From contig NW_014569523.1 in the NCBI RefSeq assembly GCF_000743755.1, positions 1 to 64,000 of the forward strand: a stretch of 64,000 nt of DNA, in the 5' to 3' direction. The notes under the pieces are model-generated. The model searched no databases, was not told the DNA's origin, and was given only the letters and a program-made list of their open reading frames with translations. How positions within the stretch are numbered: the stretch's first letter is position 1; every line of letters starts with the position of its first letter. This DNA comes from Blastocystis sp. subtype 4 (Eukaryota). Below, in pieces: positions 51,101 to 63,300 of this stretch. A program made the position numbers and the translations under genes.

Positions 51101-51941
51101 AATGATGATGATGAGATCTGTGATGACCTCTTGATCTACTATGCGAATAATCCCGATCTCTAGATCGGCTTCGAGTACGATGAGAGTGTCTAGAATCACT
51201 GGAAGAGTCATAAGGATCTATTGATTTGCTATGTGAGTCATTCTCGTCCTTGGGAATGCTTTGAGTATCCTTTTTCAATGTACTTGTTTCAATCGAAGCA
51301 CTAGCAAGAGCACTTCCATGACGATACTTCTTCTTCTTCCGACCAAATGCATCATATATGTCGTCATCATCCGAAGAATGCTCAACCCGATCAGTGGGAT
51401 CTTGGCGTTCGTAGAAACCTCCACCTGCTCCCTTTCTTTCTCCTTGATCCACTTCCTTGGGAAGACCGCAGACATTACACACCTTGCGATTCTCCCAATT
51501 CACATTTCCACACTTCGTGCACTGCCAATCTCCGGCTTTGAAGAGAGCTTTCCCTGATGCATCTACTCATCACATATCCCCTCCATTCTAACCTTTCTTA
51601 CTTTTCTGATCTGAAACAACTACACCTGCAGGAGCAGAAGAATGACACTTATTGCACTCTGATCGCCAACTCCAATTCACATTGTTACACTGAGGACACT
51701 TCCAGTTCCCATTACCTAATGAAGGTGCCTTTGAATCACTCTTCTTCTCAGCAAACGGATCAATTCCACCCCCTCGGCCTCTGCCTATTCCTATCTGATG
51801 ACAAAAATCTTAATATTTCATACCAATTGAACTGGATCCTACTTATAAACACGTAATCTAACTCGTACCCATTGAATCCGCAAATGGATCGATTCCTCCT
51901 CCTCGACCTCTTCCAGATGGCAAGGAAGTCCAATCACTCAT
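51101..51941 (-). CDS. ZRANB2: ZRANB2-like splicing regulator (two RanBP2 Zn fingers, RS tail); stop probably poly(A)-derived
   Basis: WKCPQCNNVNWSWRSECNKC, GDWQCTKCGNVNWENRKVCNVC, GGGFYER, YDAFGRKKKKYR and an RS-rich tail. A codon-initial T at 51101 lies 5 nt before TGTTTGTT (51096-51089). Confidence 0.88.
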
Positions 51942-52005
51942 GATATATATGATGAATCCACTCACCCTCTCTTTCATATATAGCAAGAAAGGACAAATAA
52001 TACAA

Positions 52006-52087
52006 GCAAGCGTGACCGAGTGGTCCAAGGTGCTACGTTCAGGTCGTAGTGTGTTCGCACGCGTGGGTTCGAGTCCCACCGCTTGCA
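52006..52087 (+). tRNA. tRNA-Leu (anticodon CAG), intronless
   Basis: Acceptor stem GCAAGCG/CGCTTGC-A, D arm GACCGAGTGGTCCAAGGTG, anticodon arm CTACG-TTCAGGT-CGTAG, long variable arm and T arm GTGGG-TTCGAGT-CCCAC. A T-run Pol III terminator follows. Confidence 0.97.
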
Positions 52088-52159
52088 TTTTTCTTTTTCA
52101 CTTATCTTATTTAAGGAGAAAGATTTATTGCTACAACTATAGCAATTAAACAGAATACT

Positions 52160-55100
52160 ATGAAAAAGCTATCGGGACCTGTGTCTGTTGTCCCAACAAC
52201 ACTTGAATTCGAAGATGCCTATCATATGAATTCAAAGTATTGGAGCGATGACCGTAATGCGATTCTCCTAGTATTAATCGCTTAGGGCATGATAACCCTG
52301 AATTGTGTACAAATAATCCTCTTTGTCTGTGAGTTTTGGAATGCTCAGACTCATTTCATAGAAATGGAATTCATTCTGAACTGATTCCCCAGACATTGAA
52401 GGAGATGCTAGTCTTGGATCCATTTTCTCCCCCTGTCCCTAGAATTCCAACATTTCCTTGTGGATTGAAGAATGTTGGAAAGACTTGTTATGCTAATGTT
52501 ATCCTTCAGTGCTTGTATCATTTGTTACCTTTCAGGAAAGTTACGTATTTCTGGGAAGAGTGGGTTAACGAATAGAATGAGTTTTGACTATGGAGAAGGA
52601 AAGACCATTATTAATTCGCTTCAAACTCTCTTTGCTTCAATGGCTCTATCTCCAAATGCTGTTTGTGATCCCTCACCAATCTTCTCAGTTCTTAACCTAA
52701 AGACAAATGAGATGGGTGATTGTTTCCAGTTTCTTACAACAGTTATGGTCGCTTTCAAAGACTTTTTAAATCTCCTTGGAAAGGCTTCTCTCTTCTCCTC
52801 TTTAACCAATGTATTCACTGGTCTTCACAAGGTCTGTCGATGTTGTCTCCGATGCCATCGTGTCTTTTATTCCGAAGACACCTTTGATCATATTGAGTGC
52901 CAGATTCGGAATAATTGCCGATTGGAAGATACGTTAGCACAGGAGTTTCAACGGATCAATGATACTCAAGCTGATTTCCTATGTCCCTTGTAAGATAAGT
53001 GTCTCTGTTGCACATAGATGTAATCAACATTGTAATTCAGAACAACTTAAGATAATCCAGCACATGCCAGAAATTCTCACGATTAAGGTCAAACGCCTTG
53101 CCAATGGTCTGCATCTCCAGATTCCTTCTACACTTGATTTTAGACAGTTTAGTAGTGTTGTAAGTGAGATTAAGAAACATTCATCATCAGGATGCAACCG
53201 TAGACTGTACTGAGTATGTTCTAACTTCAGTTGTGTACTATCATAATAATCAAGGAAGTGGTCACTATACATGTCATATTCTAAATGACAATCAATGCTT
53301 TTCTATCAATGATGATACTGTTAGTCTTGTTGATAATCTGTATATTGATCGTATGAACTCTCTGTTCTTTCAATTCTAGCCTCTGTCAATCCTTGGCATC
53401 CTCAGTCTTCAATCCCAACTTCATTCTCGGTGTATCCAATTCAATCTTTCAATTTGGCTCGGCCATTACAAGAACAGAACATCAAACCAATCTCTCATAT
53501 TGACCAACCACCTTCTAACTCCGAATCAGCTTCTTATCCGACTACTTTTCCTTCTACAGAAACATCCAGCAAGACAGCAAGTCCAGCAGCTCCTCTTGCT
53601 ACCAATCTTACTTCTTCTAAGAGTGTTCACTATCTGGAGCCTAAGAACGTGGCTGCTCTTGTTGAAGGTGTGGCTTCAGTATACTCTGGGCCAGAGATGC
53701 TGGATATTTCAGATGGAACAGATGACGATGTGATCAAACAGACCAATATCGCATTTCTGGATCCTATGACTCCTCCTACTCAGCCTCCTGGAAAGGGAGA
53801 TTACTATGAACGAATGCAAGCATCATTAGAAGAGGGTCCTTCTGGTGTGATGAAGACAAGCTGCTCTCCGAGTGTCTTAGCTTCGAAGAAGCAGGTCCGA
53901 ATTCAATCTAGAAGAGGATCACGAGGAGGTAGACGAAGTTCTCGAGTGCGTCGAACAAACTCCATCTGTCTCAAAGAATCTGGGGATCAGTTACTCAATA
54001 CAATCACTTTGTTACGACGGAAGAAGAAAGAAGGAGGAGGAGAACAGATTTCTTGTGAGCCAGTGAGTGTAACAAGGATTCGAAATGATTACAATACATT
54101 CTTAGAGCAATCTCTTAAAACAATGATTCTCCTACCATCAGAGAAGAAGCTTGGTCGTCGATCCAAGAATCTACCTCCTCCACCTCCTGATTCTTATCTG
54201 ACTGAGAGTGAGAGCATGGAACTGGAGGCTATTCTCAATGAGAATATGAAGAATATGGAACGAATTCGACATATGCTCCAGTTTATGAAACATTTGGAGG
54301 AAGAAGGACGTGTATTGTGTGCTGCTACACATTCTGGGATTGACGTAGAAATGAATGAAGATGATGATTCCAGTTTACCTGGAGGATGCAGTGATCATAT
54401 TCAGTTGTTGGAAGGACCTGAGTTATTGACAGCTCAGTCCTTAGTATTGTGGGTCATGCGTCTGTTGTTCACTCTTAGTTACGTACGGAAGGATTTGGCA
54501 AATTCTCTTGCGACTGATGCTAAGATCATGGGAGCCCGCTATTATTCTCGAATTCCCACGGGAATACTAGCTCAAATCCAGAAACAAGATTCTTCTCCTT
54601 GTGATAGTCTTATTATAGAGTTGATTGATCTCCGAAATACCCTTCAAAAACGTCATTCCTATCTTCAGGTTGATGTCTGTCATTTCACTAATTCCTAGTC
54701 TGTTGCCACATCATCCACAATGTCTAGATCGGTTCTTCTTCCATCTCGTGATCTCCAGGCATATGTACAAGGTGCTGATCTCATCGAGGGATTTATTAAG
54801 TCTCATTCTACTCTTGAACATCAGCTCTCGCATCCTACAACGTCAGAACGAGATGCTGCTGTGATTATAGCTGTGAAGTCGCTTCGGCGACTCACCCGTC
54901 TCTCGGAAGATCACGAGGAGAATGTGTGTCAACATGGTCGCATTGATCCTTTGTGTATGAGTCAGGAGTGAGTTTCATTGTAGACTGTAGAAGCCATTTT
55001 AAGTATATTCCCGCTGAACTGATGGAACAGATTCAGAAAACGACTCCAGCTCTTGCTATGCATGTCGTAACTCCTGCAAATGCTTTCTGTTCCACTTGTA

Positions 55101-56962
55101 TCACCGAGTACTAATTCCAGAAATCTGACCGATTTTAGGTATACAACCTTTCTTCACCACGTTCAAGATCTGCTTCCTTCTCTCTTAGCTATCTCTCAGC
55201 ATTTATTAGAGATTACACAACGAGGTATAAAACGTACTTATTATTGGAATCCCAAAACATAGCTGATATTGGTCATGGTTTCTTCGTTTCGAAATCATTT
55301 ATCAAGGGTTTTTGCGGTGTTCTCCGAAACTGTCAAAAGCTGCTTTCTTCGTGTTGGACGTGAGTAATGAATGAAGAGACTCACTTCAAGAGCCACACAC
55401 TCTCAACTTCATCAATGCGAACTCCAACAATTGAATCCAACTAAAGATTTGCTTTGTGTACAATAACCGTGGGGAGTTGATTCTAGGAACATGGTCGATT
55501 ACGAGTTGATCTTCGTACTGATGACAGTTATCAAGTTAGTGCCGAACTTTGGAATTCCCTAAGTCGGTACTTTTCCTGCACTCGACCGTTATCAAAGTAT
55601 GTGTTGAGAGTTCTCTTTAGGATAGTGCTGAAGGTCCCTGTGAAATGTGTCTGGGTATTCAGGGTGTAAGTACGTCGAGGCCTCTTGGTTCTGGTTACTC
55701 TGGATCTTCCGCGGGAATCCGTGTGAAGCAAGAACCAGGATTATCTGCGGAGTCAATCGAGAGATTGGAGAAACGACGACGTGTTGTTCAACAGACTCTG
55801 TCATCCGATCTGGTCTCAGGTGATGGCTTTCTGGTCAGTTCCCGTGATAATCCAATGGTTCCTGTTTTCAACCCTCTGGTGAGCAGTGGTGGTCTGACCA
55901 TGTCCTCGTCAGCTGGCACTCTCTCACCAGGTACTTTCAGTGCTACCTCACCATTTGCTTCATATTCTACTGAATTGTTCCCCGCGGGAGAACGTTTATT
56001 TACAATGATTCACGAAGATGTGTTGGATACAGATATGTACTATATTCGAGGGATCGATGCAAGACAACGATGTAATCGACTCCAACTGAATGATGCCATT
56101 CAAGGTATACGAAAGAGGAATAAATGGTATTCCTGAATTATAAGGTTTATTTGTAGTTATTCTTCTTACTACTTCAATCAGCGAATGGAGATTCTCTGTG
56201 GGTGTTATTTCCTGATTTCTGCTGGATGGATGCAAAGATGGAGACAATGGCTCACACAGGACTCTTTAGACATTTCAGGAGCTCGTTGTAATGAAACTTA
56301 TCAATCGTTGCTTTTCATTGAATTCCCGCGGTTGTGTGAACATCAGCGTGTAACAATTCCAATCTATATGCTTCATTTTTTCCAAGGTACTGTAACAATG
56401 CCATGGGATGTATGTATTTTGGAATGGTAATAATATGAAGGATTTGTGTATGAATCCAGAAGAGCGAGTAGAAATAGTGAACGAAGCAGAAATGGCTGTT
56501 TTAGCGAAGTATCATCGTATCAATACGCCTATGGCTGGTTTCTATATCTCACTAAGCAAAGATGCCATCTTAATTGATTTTCTCCGTTTACCTTGTGTGA
56601 CATGTCGTGAAGAACAAGAACAGAAATATATGGTGTATTTACGGAATTGCAGTGTTCAACGGTTTTTGCTTTCGACAGCAGGAAAAGTCTTTCCAGACCG
56701 ATTTGAGCGAAAGGTTATCATAAAACCCCGAGAACATCACTGTAGAAGAACATTCCTCTCATGATATGTAGTTATCTATACAACTCATTATTCTCCTGAA
56801 ACACCTTTAAGAGTACTCAAAAATGATATCGCTGACAAGATCCAGAAACAACCAAATGAATTCTACTTAGCTATTCGTGAAAGGAAACTTGATGAAACGA
56901 AAACGTTATTGGAAAATAGTTACAATCCAGAGCACATCATTTACGCTGTTTTTGAACAGTGA
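52160..56962 (+). CDS. Ubiquitin-specific protease, USP48/UBP26-like (USP domain, DUSP-like regions, C-terminal ubiquitin-like domain)
   Basis: CTNNPLCL, Cys box GLKNVGKTCYANVILQCLY and His box GSGHYTCHI...INDD. Repeated CxH(G) motifs, YFLISAGWMQRWRQW and a Ubl-like end (TPLRVLKNDIADKI...KLDETKTL). Exon structure is approximate. Confidence 0.75.
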
Positions 56963-56991
56963 TCCTCTCATTTTGAATTTTCCTTTTCTTG

Positions 56992-57007
56992 TGTTTGTTA
57001 ACAAAGA
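56992..57007. terminator. Back-to-back 3'-end (cleavage/polyadenylation) motifs for the convergent USP and PUS10 genes
   Basis: TGTTTGTT (+, 56992-56999) directly abuts AACAAAGA (minus-strand TCTTTGTT, 57007-57000). Confidence 0.7.
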
Positions 57008-57011
57008 ATAG

Positions 57012-58977
57012 AATGGATATTGACCCCTACAACCGCTTTTACATCCAACTGAAGGATATCACAATCGATATTCTACATTCATTACTTTTCTCATACTCTA
57101 CCAAAATCTCTCCAACATTAGGACGTGTCCTTCCTAAATCTCCATGAACGAATTCCTTGATATAGGTACCTCCAGAAGCTTCAATTTCAAGAATAAAGTG
57201 ATGAGGATTCACATACTCTGTCTTCATTTTCTAACAGTAATTCCATTCTCCAGAACAAACGTATATCATTTTATCACGAGTCAACAGTGACCGACGATGT
57301 AATACCCGAACAGGAGTTTTCTGTTTGATTGCCAAGTCATGGTACTCTTCCAGTTTTTTAATGACTTCTGGAGTGATTGCAGTTTCTGTATAGACAACTG
57401 CCACGTATAATTTGTGTTTTCCTTCTGCTGCTCCTTTCATCTCCTCAAATCCTTCCTACAAACAATGCATACTGCAAATCCTTACAGGAGAACATTTTCG
57501 AAGATCCACAATCTGGATTTCTTTTGTTCTATCATTTATTGCATTTTGAAGTGACTAGTGATTCATATTAACTATGATTTCTCACTTTGAATTCTTCATT
57601 TGACAAATCACATTTTCGTGCGTTATCAAACTCCACAACAAATGGACGTCCTTCAAATAACATTCTGACATCCACATCTTCACGACCGGCAGAATGAAAC
57701 TTCATTCCATCAGATTGAATGAATTCTCCCAAAACACCCAGAATATCTTCTTCAACAGATCCTTCTGTCTTGCGCTCTCCATCAACTATCCTACTGATCA
57801 ATTCTTTCCTCAATTCACACCAAGGAGTCTGGCTTAGGCCTCGCTGAAGTTTCAAATAATTGCCTGTGAAATAGATTGGTTTGCGACAAAGATTTAGAGC
57901 GATCAACGGAGTATAAGAAGGAGACTGGGGAGGACATACAATGCTCTCAGGATACTGAGTATATGTCAGTTTCTGAAGGTGGTTTACCACATTTGGAGGT
58001 GTGTTTTGTTGTAATTTCACAATGACACGTTGCTTCTTACTATTGTTGAACCAGCCTGATTCTGCTAATCGCTTCCGTTCCAAGGCTAATAATAATCAGG
58101 TTTCGTTTCTATTACATCGTAGATTGTAGTTTCCTGCCTTATGCTCGGCTTCAATTGCTTGTTGATCTTGAATATCTTCATCATCAGGAACCATCCCAGG
58201 AATCTGTAAGAAATCACGATTTGTTTCCTATGATCAATTAGAGGAATAGCATATACAAGATGAACAATTCCAAAACGAATCCGAACTAATGCATCCATAT
58301 TAACACTACATATCACTGCTACTTTTCAATGAAACCTTGATCCTGGAATTAGTGACTGAATCACATTTTCAATTTGTGCTTTCAAGATGTCGCGGGCTGA
58401 CCAAATACTGTATGCCACTTCCACATGGGCGTTGAAGTTCGAAATAAGATACTGAGAATGATAAGAATAGAATGATATTACGTTAATCATCGAGTAATGA
58501 CGAACAGAATAGGACGTCAGATTTGATACTTCCACATAGAATTCCTTAACATCTTGCATACCACTTGCTTTGATTCCTTCTTCCATCCAAACATGTCGTG
58601 GATCTATCTTATCACAGTAGAAAGAATAACTTACCCCTTCCATTCAACATAATTCCCATTTCTGCTAGTTTCTCCTCTATCAGATAACCCTTTACCCATC
58701 ATCCATACCATAAATGGATTCTCGTAATATGTCGAAACATGTACAACAAATGTACTTTGGAATCACGAGTTCGGAAGCCGAAACACCGACTTGTAGAGCA
58801 ATGTACTCTACAGCCTCTTTTTCACTGCATACACTATTTTATCAACTGATGACGATTATAGAAATACAATAACGTCTTGTCATCCACATTACAGTATCTC
58901 ATGATACAAAACGGACAAAGATGAATATCAATTAATTTCTTGATACCATCTAATCCTAGTTGTTGAAAAAGAGACAT
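57012..58977 (-). CDS. PUS10: tRNA pseudouridine synthase Pus10; stop probably poly(A)-derived
   Basis: LCPFCIMRY, GNYLKLQRGLSQTPW, FHSAGREDVDVRML, QKTPVRVLHRR, SGGTYIKEFVHGDLGRTRP and DILQLDV. Genomic TAA is at 57000-56998, but a codon-initial T at 57012 lies 5 nt before TCTTTGTT. Confidence 0.93.
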
Positions 58978-59038
58978 CCAATATGGAATTGAGTAGCAAC
59001 AAACAAATACATGTTCCATTGTCTCTCTAAATAACACA

Positions 59039-60255
59039 TCATTGCTCCTCTTCCAGTTCTACTTCTTCTGTCACTTCTTCCTCCAATTCAGAAATGGCTC
59101 CATAGTACTCTGGATGGGCTTCAACACATTCTTGCATAGCAAAAGTCAATTCTTCGCACTTCTCAACAAATGAATCATCATCTTTGTTCTTCTCATTATC
59201 CATTCTCTCCACTCCTACAGCCTTCACACACTCCTGCCACAGCGTAAATGCCTTACAGCAAGGACCACTCTTCATAAATACACACCATGAACATTCAGCT
59301 TCTTGCTTCGGTTCATTGCATCTACAAAACATCAAACTCATTTATTCTACATATCGTTCTTTCCATCCATCCCTCGACTAGTACAAAGACGTCCCTGAAT
59401 CGATATCTTTTCATCTCGAAGATCATGAACAGAGATGTGACTTGGAGGATATGCATAATATTCGCCCACCTCAACGTTATTAGCATCTTCTTTTGGTATG
59501 TATTTGGATTCAGTTTCCTCTTCCAAGAGTCCAGCTTTCACTGCTCGGTCAATAAGAAGCCGACCATAAATCGAAGAGTACGATTGTTCCTCTTTCTCAT
59601 TTTCACACGAAATGACAATATGAGGATACCGATAGATTGAAGGAACTGCTCCGATATCTAAGAGCAACTACAGAAGAGAGAATTAGTATACCATACAACT
59701 TGAGCATGCTCGTCAGAAATCATGGTAACAACCTTCATATCAATAACATCGCTCATCAAGGGACCATATTCATTCGAGTCCACTGGAAGTGGATTGGTAA
59801 CTAAAATAACCTTTCGACGAGGTCTATATGATACGGAACCTATAATCCTACACAACAGGATGGATTGGAGTAAAGAGTGAATCCAACTCTTTGGTATTGT
59901 CTTCATTGAGATATATTGAGACTTCTTTCACGCCTGTCCACCAAGGAAGATATTCATCCTCATTTGTAGATTCTGATACAGGTACCTCAGGTGGAAGTAT
60001 ATCAGCTGGATTCTGGGTCTCAACTACAGGAATCTCGTTGATTTTCCGACGTTTCCACCACATCCTTCCTCCCAGAATGGCTCCAGTTGTGACTGCAAGG
60101 AATCCACTGATTCCAATCGTCATCCTCTTTCGTACAGAAATGTCATTTCTACAAGTTATGTATCTAAGTAGTGATTACACTAGAGCAAACTGTCTTCTAG
60201 GAATAACAGCCCTAGAAAGACATTTCCGTGGTAAGTGAGACACAGTCCGGAACAT
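59039..60255 (-). CDS. Mitochondrial membrane-anchored protein with C-terminal CxxC plus twin CX9C (GCK/Mia40-like) domain
   Basis: Presequence MFRTVSHLPRKCLSRAVIPRRQF, TM IGISGFLAVTTGAILGG and C-terminal ECSWCVFMKSGPCCKAFTLWQEC...CEELTFAMQECVEAHPEYY. Confidence 0.7.
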
Positions 60256-60309
60256 CTTCAGTAGATGAAGAAGATTAAACAAACAAGACAAAAGATTTCC
60301 ACTTTATTT

Positions 60310-63300
60310 TCACGATTGTTTCGAGATCAAAAGAGCAGCTTTCCTCAAATTGGCATAGCAAGCCGCTAATTCCTTTTCCTTACTATTCAAATATACATTC
60401 AGTTCATTAATCAGTTTTTCCTTCTTAGCAAGACTCTTCTGAAGTCTTCTCACCTCTGCACTTGATTCTATTGTTCATACTCTCTTATTCTCCTACCCTG
60501 ACTCTCACTAACAGGTTGACGATTCTCCAACTCCTTCTGAAGCCGTTGCACTTCTCTATCATACTCAGCAACCGTCAACTGTAGACGCTTCACCTCACTC
60601 TCTGTAGAAGCATTCGATCGGCTTCGATATGCCTCTACCAATGCCTTCGCTTCACTCAATCGCTGTGTCAACACATGTACTTGCTGCGTCTGACGAGCCG
60701 TTTCTGCATGAGCAGCTTCCAATTGTTGCTTTACCTCCTTTGTCTGTTTGTCCAGTAGTTCCTGCGTTGCTCGACGACTCTCTGCAGCCAAGGAAGCATA
60801 ACGCTCTGACAGTTCAGTGTGGGCTGCAGTCTTGCGTTCCAGAGACCGACGCAGCTTTCCAAATTGGATCATCACATTCTCATACTCTGTCTTCTGTGCT
60901 GCTGCCTCTTCCATTGCCTTCACCGTCTCCTCTTTGGCAGTCGCTAACTCCACACGCAGAGATGCAGCTACTTGCTGAGCCTCTTGAATTGATGCAGTCT
61001 GTAAAGAAGCAGAGGTCGATGCTGTCTCCACAGTCTCCTCCAACTCATGAACCCTAGCTTGGAGTGATCCATTCACTGTCTCCAACTCTGCCAATTCCTG
61101 CTTCTTTTCTTCCACTCTCTGTTGAACCTCCTCCAACTGACTCTGAAGTTCTGTCTTCTCGTGCTCTGTCTGCTGCAGACTCACTCGGATTTGAGTTGTT
61201 TCGTCTCGAGCCTTCTGAGCAGCCACTACGTATTCTTCTTTCTCCACAGCAAGAGCTGTTACCCGTGTTTCTAATAACTCCATCTTCTCAGACAGTTCTT
61301 TGCATTGATTCTCTTCCTTTCCAAGCGCTTCCTGGATCTGTTCAATTGCATCTTGATTTACGGACAGACGGAGTAACAGAACCACTTCTGTTCCTTCAGG
61401 CAGACTGAGAGATACTTCGTTCTCAGATTCAATCTCACAGAGTTCCTCCTCTTCCTCAGTAGCCGAGATGAAGGATTCAGTATCATTTTCTTCTTCCTGA
61501 TACTGGAAGGAAGTCATTTCTCTTTCCATTGCTGACAATTTCATTTCTAATTCTCCAATCAGTTTGGTCTTTCTCTCGATCTCCTTCCCCAATTCACCAA
61601 CTCGTTTCTCCAATTCACCAACTCGCCCTTTCTGGACTGCATCCATCCTCAGTGCTTCTTCAAGAGATCTCTGTTGCTCCTGCATGCAGACAGCATCCGC
61701 AGTCAGAGTCTCACGTAATCCTTGCATCGTCTCCTCCTGCTCAGCCATAGTCGTTCTTAGCTCCTTCACAGTCGCATCACGCTGATGTAATTCGACACTT
61801 AGTCGCTGGAACTCATCACGAAGAGTCTGAAGGTCTCTTCGTAAGAGCATCTCTCGACTAACAGTCTGTTGTAGTTTGATTTCAGCCTCTTCCTTCTCCT
61901 TTTGGAGAGCTTGTTGTGTGTAAGGATTCTGACTGAATGTGGAGAATGTCAGCACAGATGTCACATCGGATTCACTATCTGTAATGTCACTTAGACGAGG
62001 TCGTTGAACTGAAGAGGTTCCTGGCATCAAATCATTCAGAGTTACTGTCTCTAAAGACTCTGAAAGCTCTGCTTTCTCTTTCTGCTGCTTCAGTTGTTCA
62101 TTCTCTTCCTTCAATTGATGTGTTTCTGTTTCCAGTTCACGGATCTGTGTCTCCAAAGTTTCAATCTCTGCAGTCTTGGCCTCTTGAGCTGCACGCATTG
62201 CTACAGTCATGCTCTCATTCTCTTCGATCTCCGATTCCAAGGATGTAATCCTTGCTTCGGCTTCCGTCACCTGCTTCTCCAGCTCCATACAGTGTGAGCA
62301 AGTGGTTATGGTCTGTGAGGAGGCTTGTTGTGCTGCCTGAAGCTCCTCATTCAGGAACTGAATCTCTTCCTCCCGACGATTGAGAGAAACACGTAAGTCC
62401 ACCAATTCACTCTCAAGAGCAGATGTATCGCCTGAAGGAAGTGTCTTCATGAAGGCCTCTTTCTCTTTGATTGCTGCTTCCTTCTCCTTCTGAGCTTCAT
62501 TTCTCTCTTTGATTGCTTCTTCCTTTGCCTTTATCGCCTCTTCTTTCTCTTTGACTGCTTCTTCCTTAGCCATCACAGCAATTTCTTTCTCTTTGATTGC
62601 TGCTTCCTTCTCCTTCTGAGCTTCGTCTCTCTCCTTTACAGCCTCTTCCTTCTCACTGATTGCTGTCTCCATATCCTTCACAGTAGCATCCTTCTCATTG
62701 ACTAATGTAACCTTCTCTATAACAGCTTTATCCCTCTCACTCATAGCAACCTCTTTCTCTTTAGTTGCTTCATCTCTCTCCTTTACAGCTACTTCCTTCT
62801 CTTGAACTGCCTTCTCTCTCTCTACCTTCATCATCTCCTTCTCCCTAATCACTTTCTCTTTCTCCTCATTCGTTCTCTCCTTCTCGTTCATCATCAATTG
62901 CATATCATTCATCATCCTCTGCCTTTCCTCTTCCAAAGTCCTCACCATATTTTCCAATTCTGTCTTCTTCATCTCACTCTCATTCAATTGCCTCTGGATC
63001 TCATTTCTCTGTTGCTGGAGATCTTGGACCAACTGATTCTGAGTTATCTGTTGTCCTACAGACAAATCCTCCTTCTCATTCTGTAAACGCAATACATCTG
63101 CTTTCAGTGACTGGATTTGAGAACTCATTGTAGAAGCAGCAGCATCTCGTTCCTCCAATAAGACAGTGAGTGTCTTAGTGTTGTTCTGCTGAGATGTGAG
63201 AACAGTTTGGAGTGATTCAAATTTACATGCATTGTCATGAATCTCCTGCTGCAGTGATGCTATTTCATTCTCTTTGTTTACCAATGCTTGCTTCAGATCA

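Noticed and set aside
51858..52149. ORFs spanning the tRNA
   Set aside because: Translations of the tRNA-Leu gene and its flank; only the part from ATG 51941 belongs to ZRANB2.
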